Below, one piece after another: positions 52,801-64,000 of a stretch of 64,000 bases of DNA. The notes under the pieces are model-generated. The model searched no databases, was not told the origin of the DNA, and saw only the letters and a program-made list of their open reading frames with translations. The stretch lies in contig OZ024758.1 in NCBI GenBank assembly GCA_964016885.1, positions 13,578,001-13,642,000 of the forward strand, in the 5' to 3' direction. The stretch is from Eledone cirrhosa (taxonomy: Eukaryota). The position numbers and the translations under genes were made by a program. Position 1 is the first letter of the stretch; every line of letters begins with the position of its first letter.

Positions 52801-55800
52801 CTACACGTCTGGCAGGGTTTTCTACGGCTGGGTGCCCTTCCCAACACCAACACCAACCACATTTACAGTGTGCGTGTATATATGTATATATATATATATG
52901 TATATATACTCAGACAAAATATGTATATATATATATATATTAATAAGGTAATGAATTCTTTTACAATGGAATCAGCTAATTAGTATACTTCAATCTGGCT
53001 AATTAGTATACTTCAATCTGGCTAAATTTTTCTTTTGTAATATATATACAGATGTGTTGGTATCTGTGTTTCATCACATACATATTAATTTATATATATA
53101 TATATGTATGTATGCATGTATATTTATTTGTATATAGCTTTTGGTTTATTTTCTGTTTTTTTTTTTTCTTTCTGTTTTCTTTTAGCGCTTGATGAAGCAG
53201 CAGACATCAACACATACTTAAAACCCCTTCGCAATCTCTTCCAAGATATACAACAAGCTGATTTCATCGAGCTGGCATATCAGTTTCCTCCCCTTATGCA
53301 TGTCATTTGCCTTATATGGGCGAATTCCAACTTTTACAACACAGCTCCACGTATAACAGTTTTACTACAAGAGACTTGTAACATGGTTATAAATTTGGTT
53401 TGTATTTTAAAGATACTTGGCTATTTTTCAACATGCTGATGCATATGTGTACATATGTGTGTGTGTGTGTGTGCATGTTGGAGGAACCCCTTCCTGGTTG
53501 ACCTCAATCTAATCCAGAGCCTTCTCACTCCTGTTGGAGGAACCCCTTTTGTAGTCAATGAATTAGGGAGCTGCACTCTTTCTCCACAAATTCAAATTCA
53601 GTGATACTTTGGTCCGAGCGGGTTGGCATATAACCTATAGTTCTAATAATGTATGTATGTATATATATAGATGTATATATATATATATGTATATATACAA
53701 TATATTAATAAATGGAAACTATATTTATAAAACCATATTTATTTCATTATACATATTTCAAGGACACCAAAGCAAATTATGGTGCGCTTTCATCAGATAA
53801 AATATAATATAGATCAGTTTTATAAACAAATATTGACATACCCTTAAAAGAATGCGACCATGTCTGTTGGAAGCTCCTTGATATTAAGGGTATGTCAATA
53901 TTTGTTTATAAAACTGATCTATATTATATTTTATCTGATGAAAGTGCACCATAATTTGCTTTGGTGTCCTTGAAATATGTATAATGAAATAAATATGGTT
54001 TTATAAATATAGTTTCCATTTATTAATATATTGTATTTTTACTCCAAATATTTGTTGAGTGCTTTATATCAGTTATAAAAATATTTGCTTGTTGTATCCC
54101 AACAAATTAAATATAACTTCTACATATATGTATATATATATAAACTGGAGCAATGTGAAATAAAGTGTCTTGAGCAAGACACTTTATTTCACATTGCTCC
54201 AGTTTACTCAGCTGTAGAAATGAGATGATAGGACTGGGGTCCCTATCGTTCCACTGCAAAGTGGTCGTGGAGGTGCCACGGCAAAAAGGCACCCAGCACT
54301 CACTGTAAATGAGGTTGGTGTTAGGAAGGGCATCCAGCTGTAGAAATCAAGCCAGAATCAGTTCCCGTCCCACCCTTGCAAGCAGGGAGAAAGCGGACGT
54401 AAAACGAAATGATGATATATATGTATGGATGGATTACAGATATGTTGGACTTTTCTATTTGTAGGCTAGGGATCATTGTGAACCAACTGAAATTTTCAAA
54501 GGAGAAATTGAAGAGAGTATAGTTAAAGTGAAAAATATTGAACAAATTTTAGAGAGTTTTAAAGCCACATATGAGGAATATAAATCTAAACTTCAAGAAT
54601 ATTTCGCAGAAGACATCCAAGTTCGACACTGGCAGTTCTCTCCAGTTTTAGTGTTTGATAGATTTGATAAATTTCTACAAAGAATTCAAGTTGTGAAGGT
54701 AAGTTATAAAACAAACAAACAAACAAACAAAAAACTAATAAAAAAAATGTGTTCCTTTAAAAAATTCTTCCACATAATAGGAATCAAATGTTGTGTGTCT
54801 GAGAAGACTGCACTGGTATAGACATGTGATGTATATAGATGATGAACGCTGGGTGAAGAAGTGCAAGATGATGACAGTTTTGAGATAGCTGCTTTAGATA
54901 GAACCGTCTGGAAGGTGTGTCTGAGAAGACTGCACTGGTATAGACATGTGATGTATATAGATGATGAACGCTGGGTGAAGAAGTGCTAGATGATGACAGT
55001 TTTGAGATGGCTGCTTTAGATAGAACCGTCTGGAAGGTGTGTCTGAGAAGACTGCACTGGTATAGACATGTGATGTATATAGATGATGAACGCTGGGTGA
55101 AGAAGTGCTAGATGATAACAGTTTTGAGATGGCTGCTTTAGATAGAACCGTCTGGAAGGTGTGTCTGAAGACTCGGTTCCAACAACCCTCTCAGAAATAA
55201 GTAGGAAGTGAAGGAGAAAGAGGAGGAGGAGAAGAAGAATCCATGGCAACATGAAAAATGGATGTAAAATGATGATGATGATGATGATGTCGGTAGAATC
55301 ATAAAGAGGAGGAGGAGGAGAATGTGATAATTCTGTTGCTTTCAATTTAAAAAAAAATATATATTTCTCTTTTTATTTTCGTATTTTCAGAAATTAATGG
55401 AAACTTCAACTGAATTCATGAAGCTTGAAAAGGTTGAATTAGGGGGCATCAAGGGTAAAATTCTAAGCAAACAAGTTATCCAAATTAGTGAAGAATTCAA
55501 AGAACAATACAAAGTGTTCCAGGAAAAAAACTATGACACCTTAGATTCAAATAACCAGGTAAAGTTTTCTTTTTCATTTCGATTTTATCTATATACTAGC
55601 AGATGTACCCGGCGTTGCTCGGGAAATGAATGACAGCCTGAGTTGTTCAAGGTCGTTTATGGCTTAGCTAGCAATTTCTGAGTGCATGTCAGCTTATGTC
55701 AGCTAATTGGCTAGCCAATGAGAGGTCGCCTCAATAGCACGTGCCCAATCGGCCTAGTACTTCAAAAGTTAAAAGGAGCCTAGTATTTGTACACAGACAG

Positions 55801-58800
55801 ACAGACACACACACACAGAGACCGAGTTGCTTTTATATCATCATCATCATCACCGTTTTACGTCCGTTCTTCCACGCTAGCATGGGTTAGACGGGTTGTC
55901 CTGTTGTGGGAAGTGTCTGGTCGGCTGACCATGCCTTGCTCATACAGGAACTGATTTGGCTTGATTTCTACAGCTGGATGCCCTTCCTAACACCAACCTC
56001 ATTTACAGTGAGTGCTGGGTGCTTTTTTTTCCGTGGCACCTCCACAGTATATATAGAGTAATGTAAATATTATGTGAGATATTATGTGAAGTAAAGCCTT
56101 TACTGTGAAAATACAATAGTATATATAGAGTAATGTAAATATTATGTGAGATATTATGTGAAGTAAAGCCTTTACTGTGAAAATACAATAGTATATATAG
56201 AGTAATGTAAATATTATGTGAGATATTATGTGAGGTAAAGACTTTACTGTGAAAATACAATAGTATATATAGAGTAATGTGAATGTTAAAGGGTTAAATA
56301 ACAATTATGTTAATTTTTTAATTTTTATTTCAATCAAGGAATTTCTTGATGATTATGAGAAATTCCAAAATCGAATCTTTGACCTGGATCGAAGATTGGG
56401 TACCATAATTTGCCAAGGATTTGATGATTGTTCTGGACTTCAATCTTGTTTCAAGGTAAGACATAATTTTAATTCTCAAAGTTCAATATTATAACAGGAA
56501 TATTTTTGTTAGTGTTTGTTTGTTTTTTAATAATTTGGGAGGCGTCATTTTTATAGGGAGACGTCATTTTTATAGGGAGGCGTCATTTTTATAGGGAGGC
56601 GTCATTTTTATAGCGAGGCGTCATTTTTATAGGGAGGCGTCATTTTTATAGGGAGGCGTCATTTTTATAGCGAGGCGTCATTTTTATAGGGAGGCGTCAT
56701 TTTTATAGGGAGGCATCATTTTTATAGGGAAACGTCATTTTTATAGGGAGACGTCATTTTTATAGGGAGGCATCATTTTTATAGGGAGGCATCATTTTTA
56801 TAGGGAAACGTCAATTTAATAGGGAGGCGTCATTTTTATAGGGAGGCGTCATTTTTATAGGGAAAACCAACTAACTGGAGACCCAAGAGGTAGACCCTTA
56901 GGAAGATGGTTGGATAACATCTGTGAGCTTGGTAGGTCTCGCTTGGGGTGGTGGTGGTGGTGGTGGTGGTGGTAATAATGAGGAGGGCGATGGGGATTGT
57001 CATGATGATGATGATGATAATGATGATGATAGTGATGACGATGATGATTGTGATAGTGAGGAGTGATGATGATGGTGGATGATGATGATGGTGATGGTGG
57101 TGGTGGTGGTGATGATGACGACGTTGATGATAGTGAGGAGAAGGAGGATTATGATGGTGGTGGTGGTGGTGATGGTGGTGGTGGTGATGGTGGTGGTGGT
57201 GGTGATGATGGTGGTGGTGATGATGGTGATGATCATGATGATGGTGATGGCGACGATGATGATGGTGATCATGATCATGATGATGGTGGTGATGATGGTG
57301 GTGATGATGGTGGTGATGATGGTGGCAATGGTGATGGTGATGGTGATGATGATGATGGTGATGATGGTGATGATGATGATGATCATGATAATGATGATGG
57401 CGATGATGATGATGATGACCCTTAATAAAATAAATCACCTTAAATAAATATCTTCCTCTATTTCTAAGTTCTTTCTACAGTTTGAAATCCTCCTTTGATA
57501 TTTTCTCACTAATCTATTTATATATTTTTCTTCTTTTTCTGTAAATTAATTAACTAACGAAAGCTAATTGACATGATGGGCAGCCTTTTAGAAAGACCGT
57601 TAATTATGAAGGATTTTAATGGAAAATATCTGAAAATAGTTGACATGCTTAACGAAGAATTAAACACCGTGAAGGAAATGTTTAACGAACAAATGGCATT
57701 ACTCAAAGAGAAGGGTCATATTATGGTGCATAAATTTATGCCAAAAGTGTCTGGGAGTTTGAAGTGGGCTCAAGAGTTGCAAGAGAGAATCACCAGTTCT
57801 ATTGGAAGTTTCAAACATCTTGAACATAGGTATTTGAAGAATTCTTATTTTACTAATTATTAATTAGTAATTAGTAATTATTGTTTCTACTTTAGGCACA
57901 AGGCCAGCAATTACCCAGTGCATTACTGGTACTTTATTTCATCGACCCCGTAAGGATGAAAGGCAAAGTCAACCTCGGCAGGATTTGAACTCAGATCGTA
58001 AAGGGACGTAACTATGCTGGAAAGCATGGCGTCTGACCCTCTACCGATTATTAATTACTAATTAGCAATTTTGGAGGAGGGGAAAGTCGATGATCAAATT
58101 GACCTCAGTGCATGACTGGTTCTTTATTTTATTGACCCCCGTAAGGATGAAAGGCAAAGCTAACCTCGGCGGGATTTGTACTCAGACCATAAACGGCCGT
58201 AACTCTATGCGTCAAAGCATGGCGTCCGACCCTCTACCGATATTGCCAATCCACCACCTTTATCCACCCTATATTTAATAATTGTTTCTACTTTAGGCAC
58301 AAGGCCAGCAATTGCCCAGTGCATTACTGGTACTTTATTTTATCGACCCCGTAAAGATGAAAGGCTATATTTAATAATGGTGATAATTTTGTTTTGTTTG
58401 TTTATTTCAATCCCCAGCTGTACAGAAAACGAAGAAGCAATCATTATTTACAAAAAATATGAAGAAATGATGGATCTGCTATCCAAGTAAGTTATATAAC
58501 TTTATTACTGCATACATTGGAACTGTTAAGTCATAAGTTGAGGTGGTCACTTGGATTGGATTTCTAGTTTTAGTCAATTCTCTCTTACATATACTCATTA
58601 ATCAAATGAGGTCTGGGATCATGTCGTTCGACATATATATATATATATATACTTTATAAATAACAATCAAAGAGTGTTTAAGAATATTTAATTACTAACA
58701 ATTGTTTCATCCAAGCACAAGGCCGATATCATCAGAGTACAAGTACAAATCAAAAGTTAAAACACAGATAAATTTGTCAATTGTATATATATATGTATAT

Positions 58801-59837
58801 ATACACACACACAGTCCTATACGAACTAGACATGGTCACCCGATCAATCTTGCCTCGAGTGGGACAATTCCTGTCTAACCCATGCTAGCGTGGAAGATAG
58901 ACGTTGATGACGATGATGGTGATGATACATATATATATATTTTTTCTGTCAAGAGTTGTGACTGGTAGATAGCATCAGCAATGGAAAGACAAATGGAAAC
59001 ATTGTTTCCTTGGTCCGATTGGCCAAGTTGCACCCCATGCAGTAATCAAATGATGTCTGAGATCTTATCAATCAATATATACTTACATAATGTCTTATAT
59101 AATTATATTAAATTGTAGTTTTGAAGACCAACAGTATAAAGAATGGGCCAGAACTGTGGACGATGCCTGTTGTTTTAATTTGTCCCAGCCTTTGTTGTCA
59201 AGAAATGAACAAACCAATTTAATATCAGTGAACTTTGATGCTCAGGTGAGTGAACATATATATTCAAACTAATAAAAGTACAATTTTAGAAGGTGTGTAT
59301 GTGTCTGTGTATGTATGTGTGTGTATATCTTATAAATATATGTTAAATGACAACATATATATATGCTGTCATTTATAATGCTCTTTTCCACTGCTGGCAT
59401 GGCTTATATATATATATGTTTGAAAAAAGGAAAAGAATGACTTTACTTGCAGTTGGTATTCTATAACAATTTAATTTTTTAATTTTACAATTTTATAATT
59501 TTGCTAGATATAGATCTAATAAGTTCTTTGTTAACTTCAGTGGAAAGCTTTTTAAAAAGCCTGGTTAACTTTCTGGAGAATTTGTTCGCATTTGTCGGGT
59601 ATATATAACATATATATATTAATTCAAAATATTAATAAATATAGACATTCATGTAATCAAAATATATTTTATTATATATATTTCGGAGGTACTGTGTTGT
59701 TTTGTCAGTACGTCCTCATCAGATAAAATATATTGAATTAATATTAATAACTCCAGAAAACTTTCACTGTTGAGTGCTTCTAATCTATTGTAAAACTATA
59801 TTCATTGATTAATCAGTGAACCTTGTTTAACTTTTGG

Positions 59838-59883
<46 letters not shown>

Positions 59884-61620
59884 AGTCCACACTGTAAAGT
59901 GGTTGTGTTGGTGACATGACAAAAAGTGCTCAGTCTACACTGTAAAGGGGGTCATGTTGGTGTCATGACAAAAAGCGCCTAGTCCACCCTGTAAAGTGGT
60001 TGTTTTGGTGCCACAGTAAAAAGCACCCAGTCCACCCTGTAAATGTGGTCGGTGTTAGGAAGGGCATCCAGTCATAGAAACCAAGCCAGAAACAGTTCTG
60101 TATGACCAAGAGACATGGTCATCTGATCCCACTTGTCTCAAAACGTCAGGACAACTCCTCTAACCCATGCTACCATGGGAAAATAAATGGTAAAACAGCG
60201 ATGATGATGGTGATGTTGAAGATGGTGAATAATGTGAGGTTTTACTATTATCTTTTGTAGCTTATCGCTGTTTTAAGGGAAGTTAAATACATGGAAATAC
60301 GAGGTATGGAAAATCTTCCCTCCAGTAGCAATGAACTTTACTCAAGAAGAGATGATTTCTTTCAATATGTCACCAATCTTGATATGATAGTTCTCTGGTA
60401 TAATAATATACGAACATCAATCATTGAAGTAGAGTTTCCTCTTATTGAACAACAAATTGATAATATTGATCAACAATTGAAAAATGCTGAGAAAGTTATG
60501 AACTGGAATAGTTCAGGTAATTGTTAGTGTTGTTGTTGTTGGTGGTGGTGATGGTGATGGTGATGGTGGTGTTGTTGATGGTGCTGTTTGTGGTGGTGGT
60601 GGTGATGTTGTTTGTGGTGGTGGTGGTGTTTGTTTGTGGTGTTGATGGTGTTGTTTGTGGTGTTATTGATGGTGTTGTTTGTGGTGTTGTTGATGGTGTT
60701 GTTTGTGGTGGTGTTGGTGGTGGTGTTGTTGTTGTTGTTGGTGTTGTTGGTGATGGTGTTGTTGTTGTTGGTGTTGCTGGTGGTGCTGTTGTTTGTGGTG
60801 GTGTTGGTGGTGGTGTTGGTGGTGTTGGTGTTGGTGGTGGTGTTGTTGGTGGTGTTGTTTGTGGTGGTGTTGGTGGTGGTGTTGTTGGTGGTGTTGTTGG
60901 TGGTGTTGGTGGTGTTGGTGGTGTTGTTGGTGGTGTTGGTGTTGTTGGTGGTGTTGTTTGTGGTGGTGTTGTTTGTTGGTATTTACTACATTTTTCTGAC
61001 AATATTAGGACAATATGACCCTCCCCAAATATAACAATACCTGTTTCAACACACGATTGCAAAACAAATACAACGCTGCTAGTGAACTTTCTATCCATTT
61101 TCTTCCTTTATTTGTTCAACCAAAAGGTATTTGGGAATATATAGCAGAAACTAAAAACATGGTTTATGATCTTGAATCCCGTGTGCGTAACTCCAAAGAA
61201 AATGTTCAAAAGATTGAACGGCTGATGGCAACATGGAGCAAAACAGCGCTGTTTGAACGTAAAGAAGATAAATTCGGATCATTACTGAATTTGGACGACC
61301 GAGAAGAACGATTGAAAAAACGCTACAAAGAAATCGAAGAAGCAGGTGTTCAAATTCACAAATTGTTACAGGTAATAAAATAAATGAAAAAATTATACTA
61401 TAAAATTTTAACCAATGTCTGAAAGCTGTTAAGCCTCATTATTTCATATATATATATCATCATCATCATCATCTTCGTTTAACGTCCATTTTCCACGCTA
61501 GCATGGGTTAGACGGGAGTTGTCCCACTTGAGGCAAGGTTCGTCGGGTGACCATGTCTCGCTCATATAGGACTATCTGGCAGGTTTTCTACGGCTGGATG
61601 CCCTTCCTAACACCAACCAC

Positions 61621-61670
<50 letters not shown>

Positions 61671-63704
61671 GCAGTGGATTGGCAGTATCGATAGAGGGTC
61701 AGACACCATGCTTTGCAGCATAGAGTTATTGCCCTTTATGTTCTGAGTTAACTTTGGTTAACTTTGCCTTTCATCCTTATGGGGTTGATAAAATAAAGTA
61801 CCAGTTATATACTGGGATAATTGCTGGCCTTGTGCCCAAAGTAGAAACAATTATTTCATATATATATATATTTATAAGGGTGGTGGGTTGGCAGTATCGG
61901 TAGAGCGTCGGACACCATGCTTTGCAGCATAGTTACGGCCCTTTACAGTCAGTCTGAGTTCAAATCCCGCTGAGGTTAGCTTTGCCTTTTGACCTTATGT
62001 GGTTGATAAAATAAAGTACCAGTAATGCACTGGGGTAGATTTAATCGACTTTCCCCTCCCCTTCAAATTGCTGGCCTTGTGCCCAAAGTAGAAACATATA
62101 TTCCTTTGGTTTTGTACCATAACATTTAATACAAACATTTACAATAGTAGAGCTGAAACACTTGCTTAAGGGGGGTTTTCTTCTCTGAAGACCTTCTGCT
62201 GTCCATCTCTCCTGTGAGTTTCTTACAGAAAATAATAAAGTTTTTTTTTTATTTGTATTCTTCAAATCCCTCCCATTAAAATATATTTAATTAAAACAAA
62301 CCATTATATTTCTTTCCAGGAAAATGTTGGCTTCTTTAAAGTGGATCCAGACTCGGAAGTTTGGAAAGCTTATGTTGACTATGTTGATGACATAATTGTG
62401 GATGGGTTCTATAGAACTATTTACACAAGTCTGACATTTTTACTAGAAAATACTGAACCAAACTCAAGCCGTGAACCATTATTTCAAGCACAGTTGGAAC
62501 TGTGTAAACCTGACATGGTATTTTCACCATCTTTGGACTATGGAATGGCAGATGGTTTCTACGATCTTGTCGATGGTGTGGTTGGCAACATCTATAAGCA
62601 AGCTACTCTAATTCTTCGCTTAGCAAAACACAGTGGTCAAGAAAATTACCAGGTTAAGTATCTTCTTTTAGAGACAAGCTCCAGTGGCCCTTGTTGTGCT
62701 GTGTGTGTGTACAATGGGCTTCTGCACAGTTTCCATCAACCAAATTTCACTCATAAGGCATTAACTCGATCTATGCTATAGTAAAACACACATGGCCAAG
62801 GTGAGATCGAACTGAAAGCCATGTCTGTACCAAAAACTGAAAGGTCATTGACACTGCTTTTCTCTCCCTGACTAGATGGTAAAACAAAACAAAAAAGCAG
62901 TCATCACAGCCCCAGTTTTATGAACAATAATCTAATGTAGATCTTACAGTCATTTATTTTATTTTATTTTTTGTTTTCATTTATGTTTTTATAGCCTGAT
63001 TTAGAAGAAATGGATGAACTGAATGATAAACAGAACGAGTTAATGTTTTCTCACTCTTTACCAGTTCTCTTCCTTTGTTTCCTTTTTTCTTTTTCGTTTT
63101 CTTAGCCAATATCTGCCTCCCATTAGTCTTCATATTTGAAATTTTATTCAATATTTGAAATTTTATTCAATTTTTGAAATTTTATTTTTGCTATTTTATT
63201 TGTTTTCCCTTTTTCTCTTTATTTAAAATTTTTATTTTAGTTTTTAGTTTTTTTTCTTTCTTCTCTTCTGTTTTTTATTACTTGTCTCACTAACCCTTTG
63301 ATTACCAACTGTAAGGAGTACTCAATACTTCCCCCTAGGCTGTCATGGCTTACTAGCTCTATACTGACGTTTAAGTTGAATAAATAAATAAATAAATAAA
63401 TAAATATCATCATTTATTTTATTTTATGTATCCATTTATGTTTTTATAGCCTGATTTAGAAGAAATGGATGAACTGAACGATAAACGCAACGAGCTAATG
63501 GAACGTGTACAAAACGTCATGAATAAAGCCTGTGAATACCGTAATTCGTTTGACACTTATGCATACTTATGGGTAGATGACCGAAATGAATTTATGCGAC
63601 AGTTTCTTCTTTACAACCATGTCTTGACCACAGAAGAGATAGAGGCGCATGCTGAAGATGGAGTGCCTGAATGTCCACCAACATTAGACCAGTTCAAAGA
63701 ACAG
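38704..63704 (+). CDS. DNAH9: Axonemal outer-arm dynein heavy chain, beta type (DNAH9/11/17-like), N-terminal tail, first 16 exons (~1043 aa); continues past the window
   Basis: In-frame GT-AG exons 38704-38916, 41522-41680, 43188-43372, 50070-50259, 51782-51881, 53186-53397, 54465-54698, 55391-55558, 56339-56455, 57564-57829, 58418-58486, 59119-59245, 60261-60516, 61127-61371, 62320-62652, 63450-63704. Motifs of ciliary dynein beta chains: GQVKGKTLLPLP, IEWSHQIQDVLK, LDRRLGTIICQGFDDC, YAYLWVDDRNEFMRQFL. Paralog assignment among DNAH9/11/17 is uncertain. Confidence 0.93.
39200..40080. repeat. 60-bp minisatellite from the piggyBac-type MITE; also 5075-5300, 15385-15580, 56047-56290 (minus)
   Basis: catttacattactctatatatactattgtattttcacagtaaaggctttacctcacataatatctcacataa. 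Confidence 0.95.
41522..41680 (+). CDS. Dynein exon 2
   Basis: ttacag acceptor, gtgaga donor; YGDLSYSPLEHLSVFVDE. Confidence 0.9.
41929..43080. repeat. (CAT/CCA)n trinucleotide expansion
   Basis: Seen directly; intronic. Confidence 0.95.
43188..43372 (+). CDS. Dynein exon 3
   Basis: tttcag acceptor, gtgagt donor; WPRVVSQD, GKTLLPLP. Confidence 0.9.
43373..46270 (+). repeat. 23 copies of a ~36-bp unit starting with the 5' splice site, separated by (CT)n spacers
   Basis: GTGAGTAACACCATACTTCTACATACTTCATTTATC counted at 23 positions from 43373 to 46230. Confidence 0.92.
46270..49966. repeat. (CT)n/(CTGT)n compound microsatellite
   Basis: Seen directly. Confidence 0.97.
50070..50259 (+). CDS. 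Dynein exon 4
   Basis: tttcag acceptor, gtatat donor; phase 2 matches exon 3. Confidence 0.9.
50295..51530 (-). repeat. RTE LINE fragment amplified into a 60-bp minisatellite (~17 copies); related 60-bp repeats at ~18950-19150
   Basis: Unit aatctgtccagcaattctttcctgagacattctaaccacatgcccacagtatcagagctgtgatctttca. Confidence 0.85.
51782..51881 (+). CDS. Dynein exon 5
   Basis: ttatag acceptor, gtaaga donor; LQTPRVVKMANLLE. Confidence 0.88.
53186..53397 (+). CDS. Dynein exon 6
   Basis: ttttag acceptor, gtttgt donor; ALDEAADINTYLKPL. Confidence 0.9.
53741..53803 (-). ncRNA. Hammerhead ribozyme motif (family A, left arm)
   Basis: Minus strand: AUUUUAU CUGAUGA aag c gcacca...uggugu c cuu GAAA uauguaua | AUGAAAU. 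Confidence 0.72.
53928..53990 (+). ncRNA. Hammerhead ribozyme motif (family A, right arm)
   Basis: attttat CTGATGA aagtgcaccataatttgctttggtgtcctt GAAA tatgtata | atgaaat. Confidence 0.72.
54465..54698 (+). CDS. Dynein exon 7
   Basis: ttgtag acceptor, gtaagt donor. Confidence 0.9.
54794..55170 (+). repeat. 122-bp tandem repeat, three copies, RTE-derived
   Basis: Encodes RRLHWYRHVMYIDDERWVKKC, like the RTE RRLRWYGHV motif. Confidence 0.75.
55391..55558 (+). CDS. Dynein exon 8
   Basis: tttcag acceptor, gtaaag donor; KLEKVELGGIKG. Confidence 0.9.
55594..55838 (+). mobile_element. Non-autonomous Helitron-like (Lep1/HINE-type) element
   Basis: Starts tACTAGCagatgtACCCGGCGTTGCTCGGG (subterminal hairpin); ends with (GACA)n/(CA)n then gcttttatat. 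Confidence 0.5.
56339..56455 (+). CDS. Dynein exon 9
   Basis: atcaag acceptor, gtaaga donor; DLDRRLGTI. Confidence 0.88.
56538..56863. repeat. 19-bp minisatellite
   Basis: atagggaggcgtcattttt, about 17 copies. Confidence 0.92.
56947..57418. repeat. (GAT/GGT)n microsatellite
   Basis: Seen directly. Confidence 0.95.
57564..57829 (+). CDS. Dynein exon 10
   Basis: cgaaag acceptor, gtattt donor; GSLLERPLI, MPKVSGSLKWAQEL. Confidence 0.85.
58418..58486 (+). CDS. Dynein exon 11
   Basis: ccccag acceptor, gtaagt donor; KKYEEMMDLL. Confidence 0.88.
58693..58739 (-). ncRNA. Degenerate minimal hammerhead motif
   Basis: Minus strand: UACU CUGAUGA u auc...gau GAAA CAAUUG UU | AGUA; one extra nucleotide before stem II. 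Confidence 0.45.
59119..59245 (+). CDS. Dynein exon 12
   Basis: ttgtag acceptor, gtgagt donor; FNLSQPLL, VNFDAQ. Confidence 0.9.
59661..59734 (-). ncRNA. Hammerhead ribozyme motif (divergent family A)
   Basis: Minus strand: 12-bp stem I; CUGAUGA gga c guacug...caguac c ucc GAAA uauauaua |; stem II sequence differs but pairing is kept. Confidence 0.78.
60261..60516 (+). CDS. Dynein exon 13
   Basis: ttgtag acceptor, gtaatt donor; LIAVLREVKY, EVEFPLIE. Confidence 0.9.
60527..60979. repeat. (GGT/GTT)n microsatellite
   Basis: Seen directly. Confidence 0.95.
61127..61371 (+). CDS. Dynein exon 14
   Basis: caaaag acceptor, gtaata donor; IWEYIAET, LFERKE. Confidence 0.88.
62320..62652 (+). CDS. 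Dynein exon 15
   Basis: ttccag acceptor, gttaag donor; WKAYVDYVDDIIVDGF. Confidence 0.9.
62951..63105 (+). pseudogene. Partial duplicate of the dynein exon 16 acceptor and first 17 codons (pseudo-exon or alternative last exon)
   Basis: 62951-63045 resembles 63411-63500; the frame continues to TAG at 63103-63105. Confidence 0.75.
63450..63704 (+). CDS. Dynein exon 16
   Basis: ttatag acceptor, gtaaac donor; PPTLDQFKEQ. Confidence 0.9.
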
Positions 63705-64000
63705 GTAAACACAACAAAATCATCATTTAATTCTTAACATCCTGTACCACTTGAAACCACATTGGGAAAATATTTTTGAAAAATACAAAAACCACCAGTG
63801 CTGGACTTACCTCTAAGCTAAAATAAACTATAGCTCAGGGTCACACACCCTTGGGGGGCCTCATTTTTTAGAATATATATGTTTTTTTCTATGTAGTAAA
63901 TGAAATATATCAATCAATTAGTTTAAAGAAAAATTTTGTAACTAATTTAATTTTTTAATCATTAATAAATAATAATCATGTATAATTATTTTAAATTCTT

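Larger units (their letters stand above)
53695..54124 (+). mobile_element. Family A palindromic element
   Basis: Arms 53695-53847 and 53884-54036; tail shared with the 27.5 kb copy. Confidence 0.65.

Overview
AT-rich, intron-rich animal genomic DNA; the SINE, microsatellite and gene content suggests an octopod cephalopod (inference). Most long ORFs in the supplied track are microsatellite read-through. Genes: (1) the 3' part of a + strand prosaposin-like multi-saposin gene, 18 exons between 91 and 24729, with at least six saposin-B domains; (2) an intronless, Lys/Asn-rich 307-aa ORF of unknown function (31964-32887); (3) the first 16 exons of an axonemal outer-arm dynein beta-type heavy chain (38704-63704, ~1043 aa) with RFX X-box-like motifs upstream. 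Introns hold tRNA-derived SINEs, RTE, CR1/L2, L1/Tx1 and R4/Dong-like LINE fragments, piggyBac-, hAT- and Tc1-like MITEs, a Helitron-like element and satellites. The main unannotated signal is a set of type I hammerhead ribozyme motifs (CUGAUGA...GAAA...NUH): eight with intact cores and all three stems, showing covariation, plus one degenerate copy. Several lie in ~250-350 bp palindromic elements among (TA)n tracts that resemble Penelope-like pseudo-LTRs or retrozymes. Single intronic copies are antisense to the host gene; sense copies occur only inside inverted repeats. Other oddities: a dynein 5' splice site repeated 23 times, and a duplicated acceptor that could give a motor-less dynein isoform.
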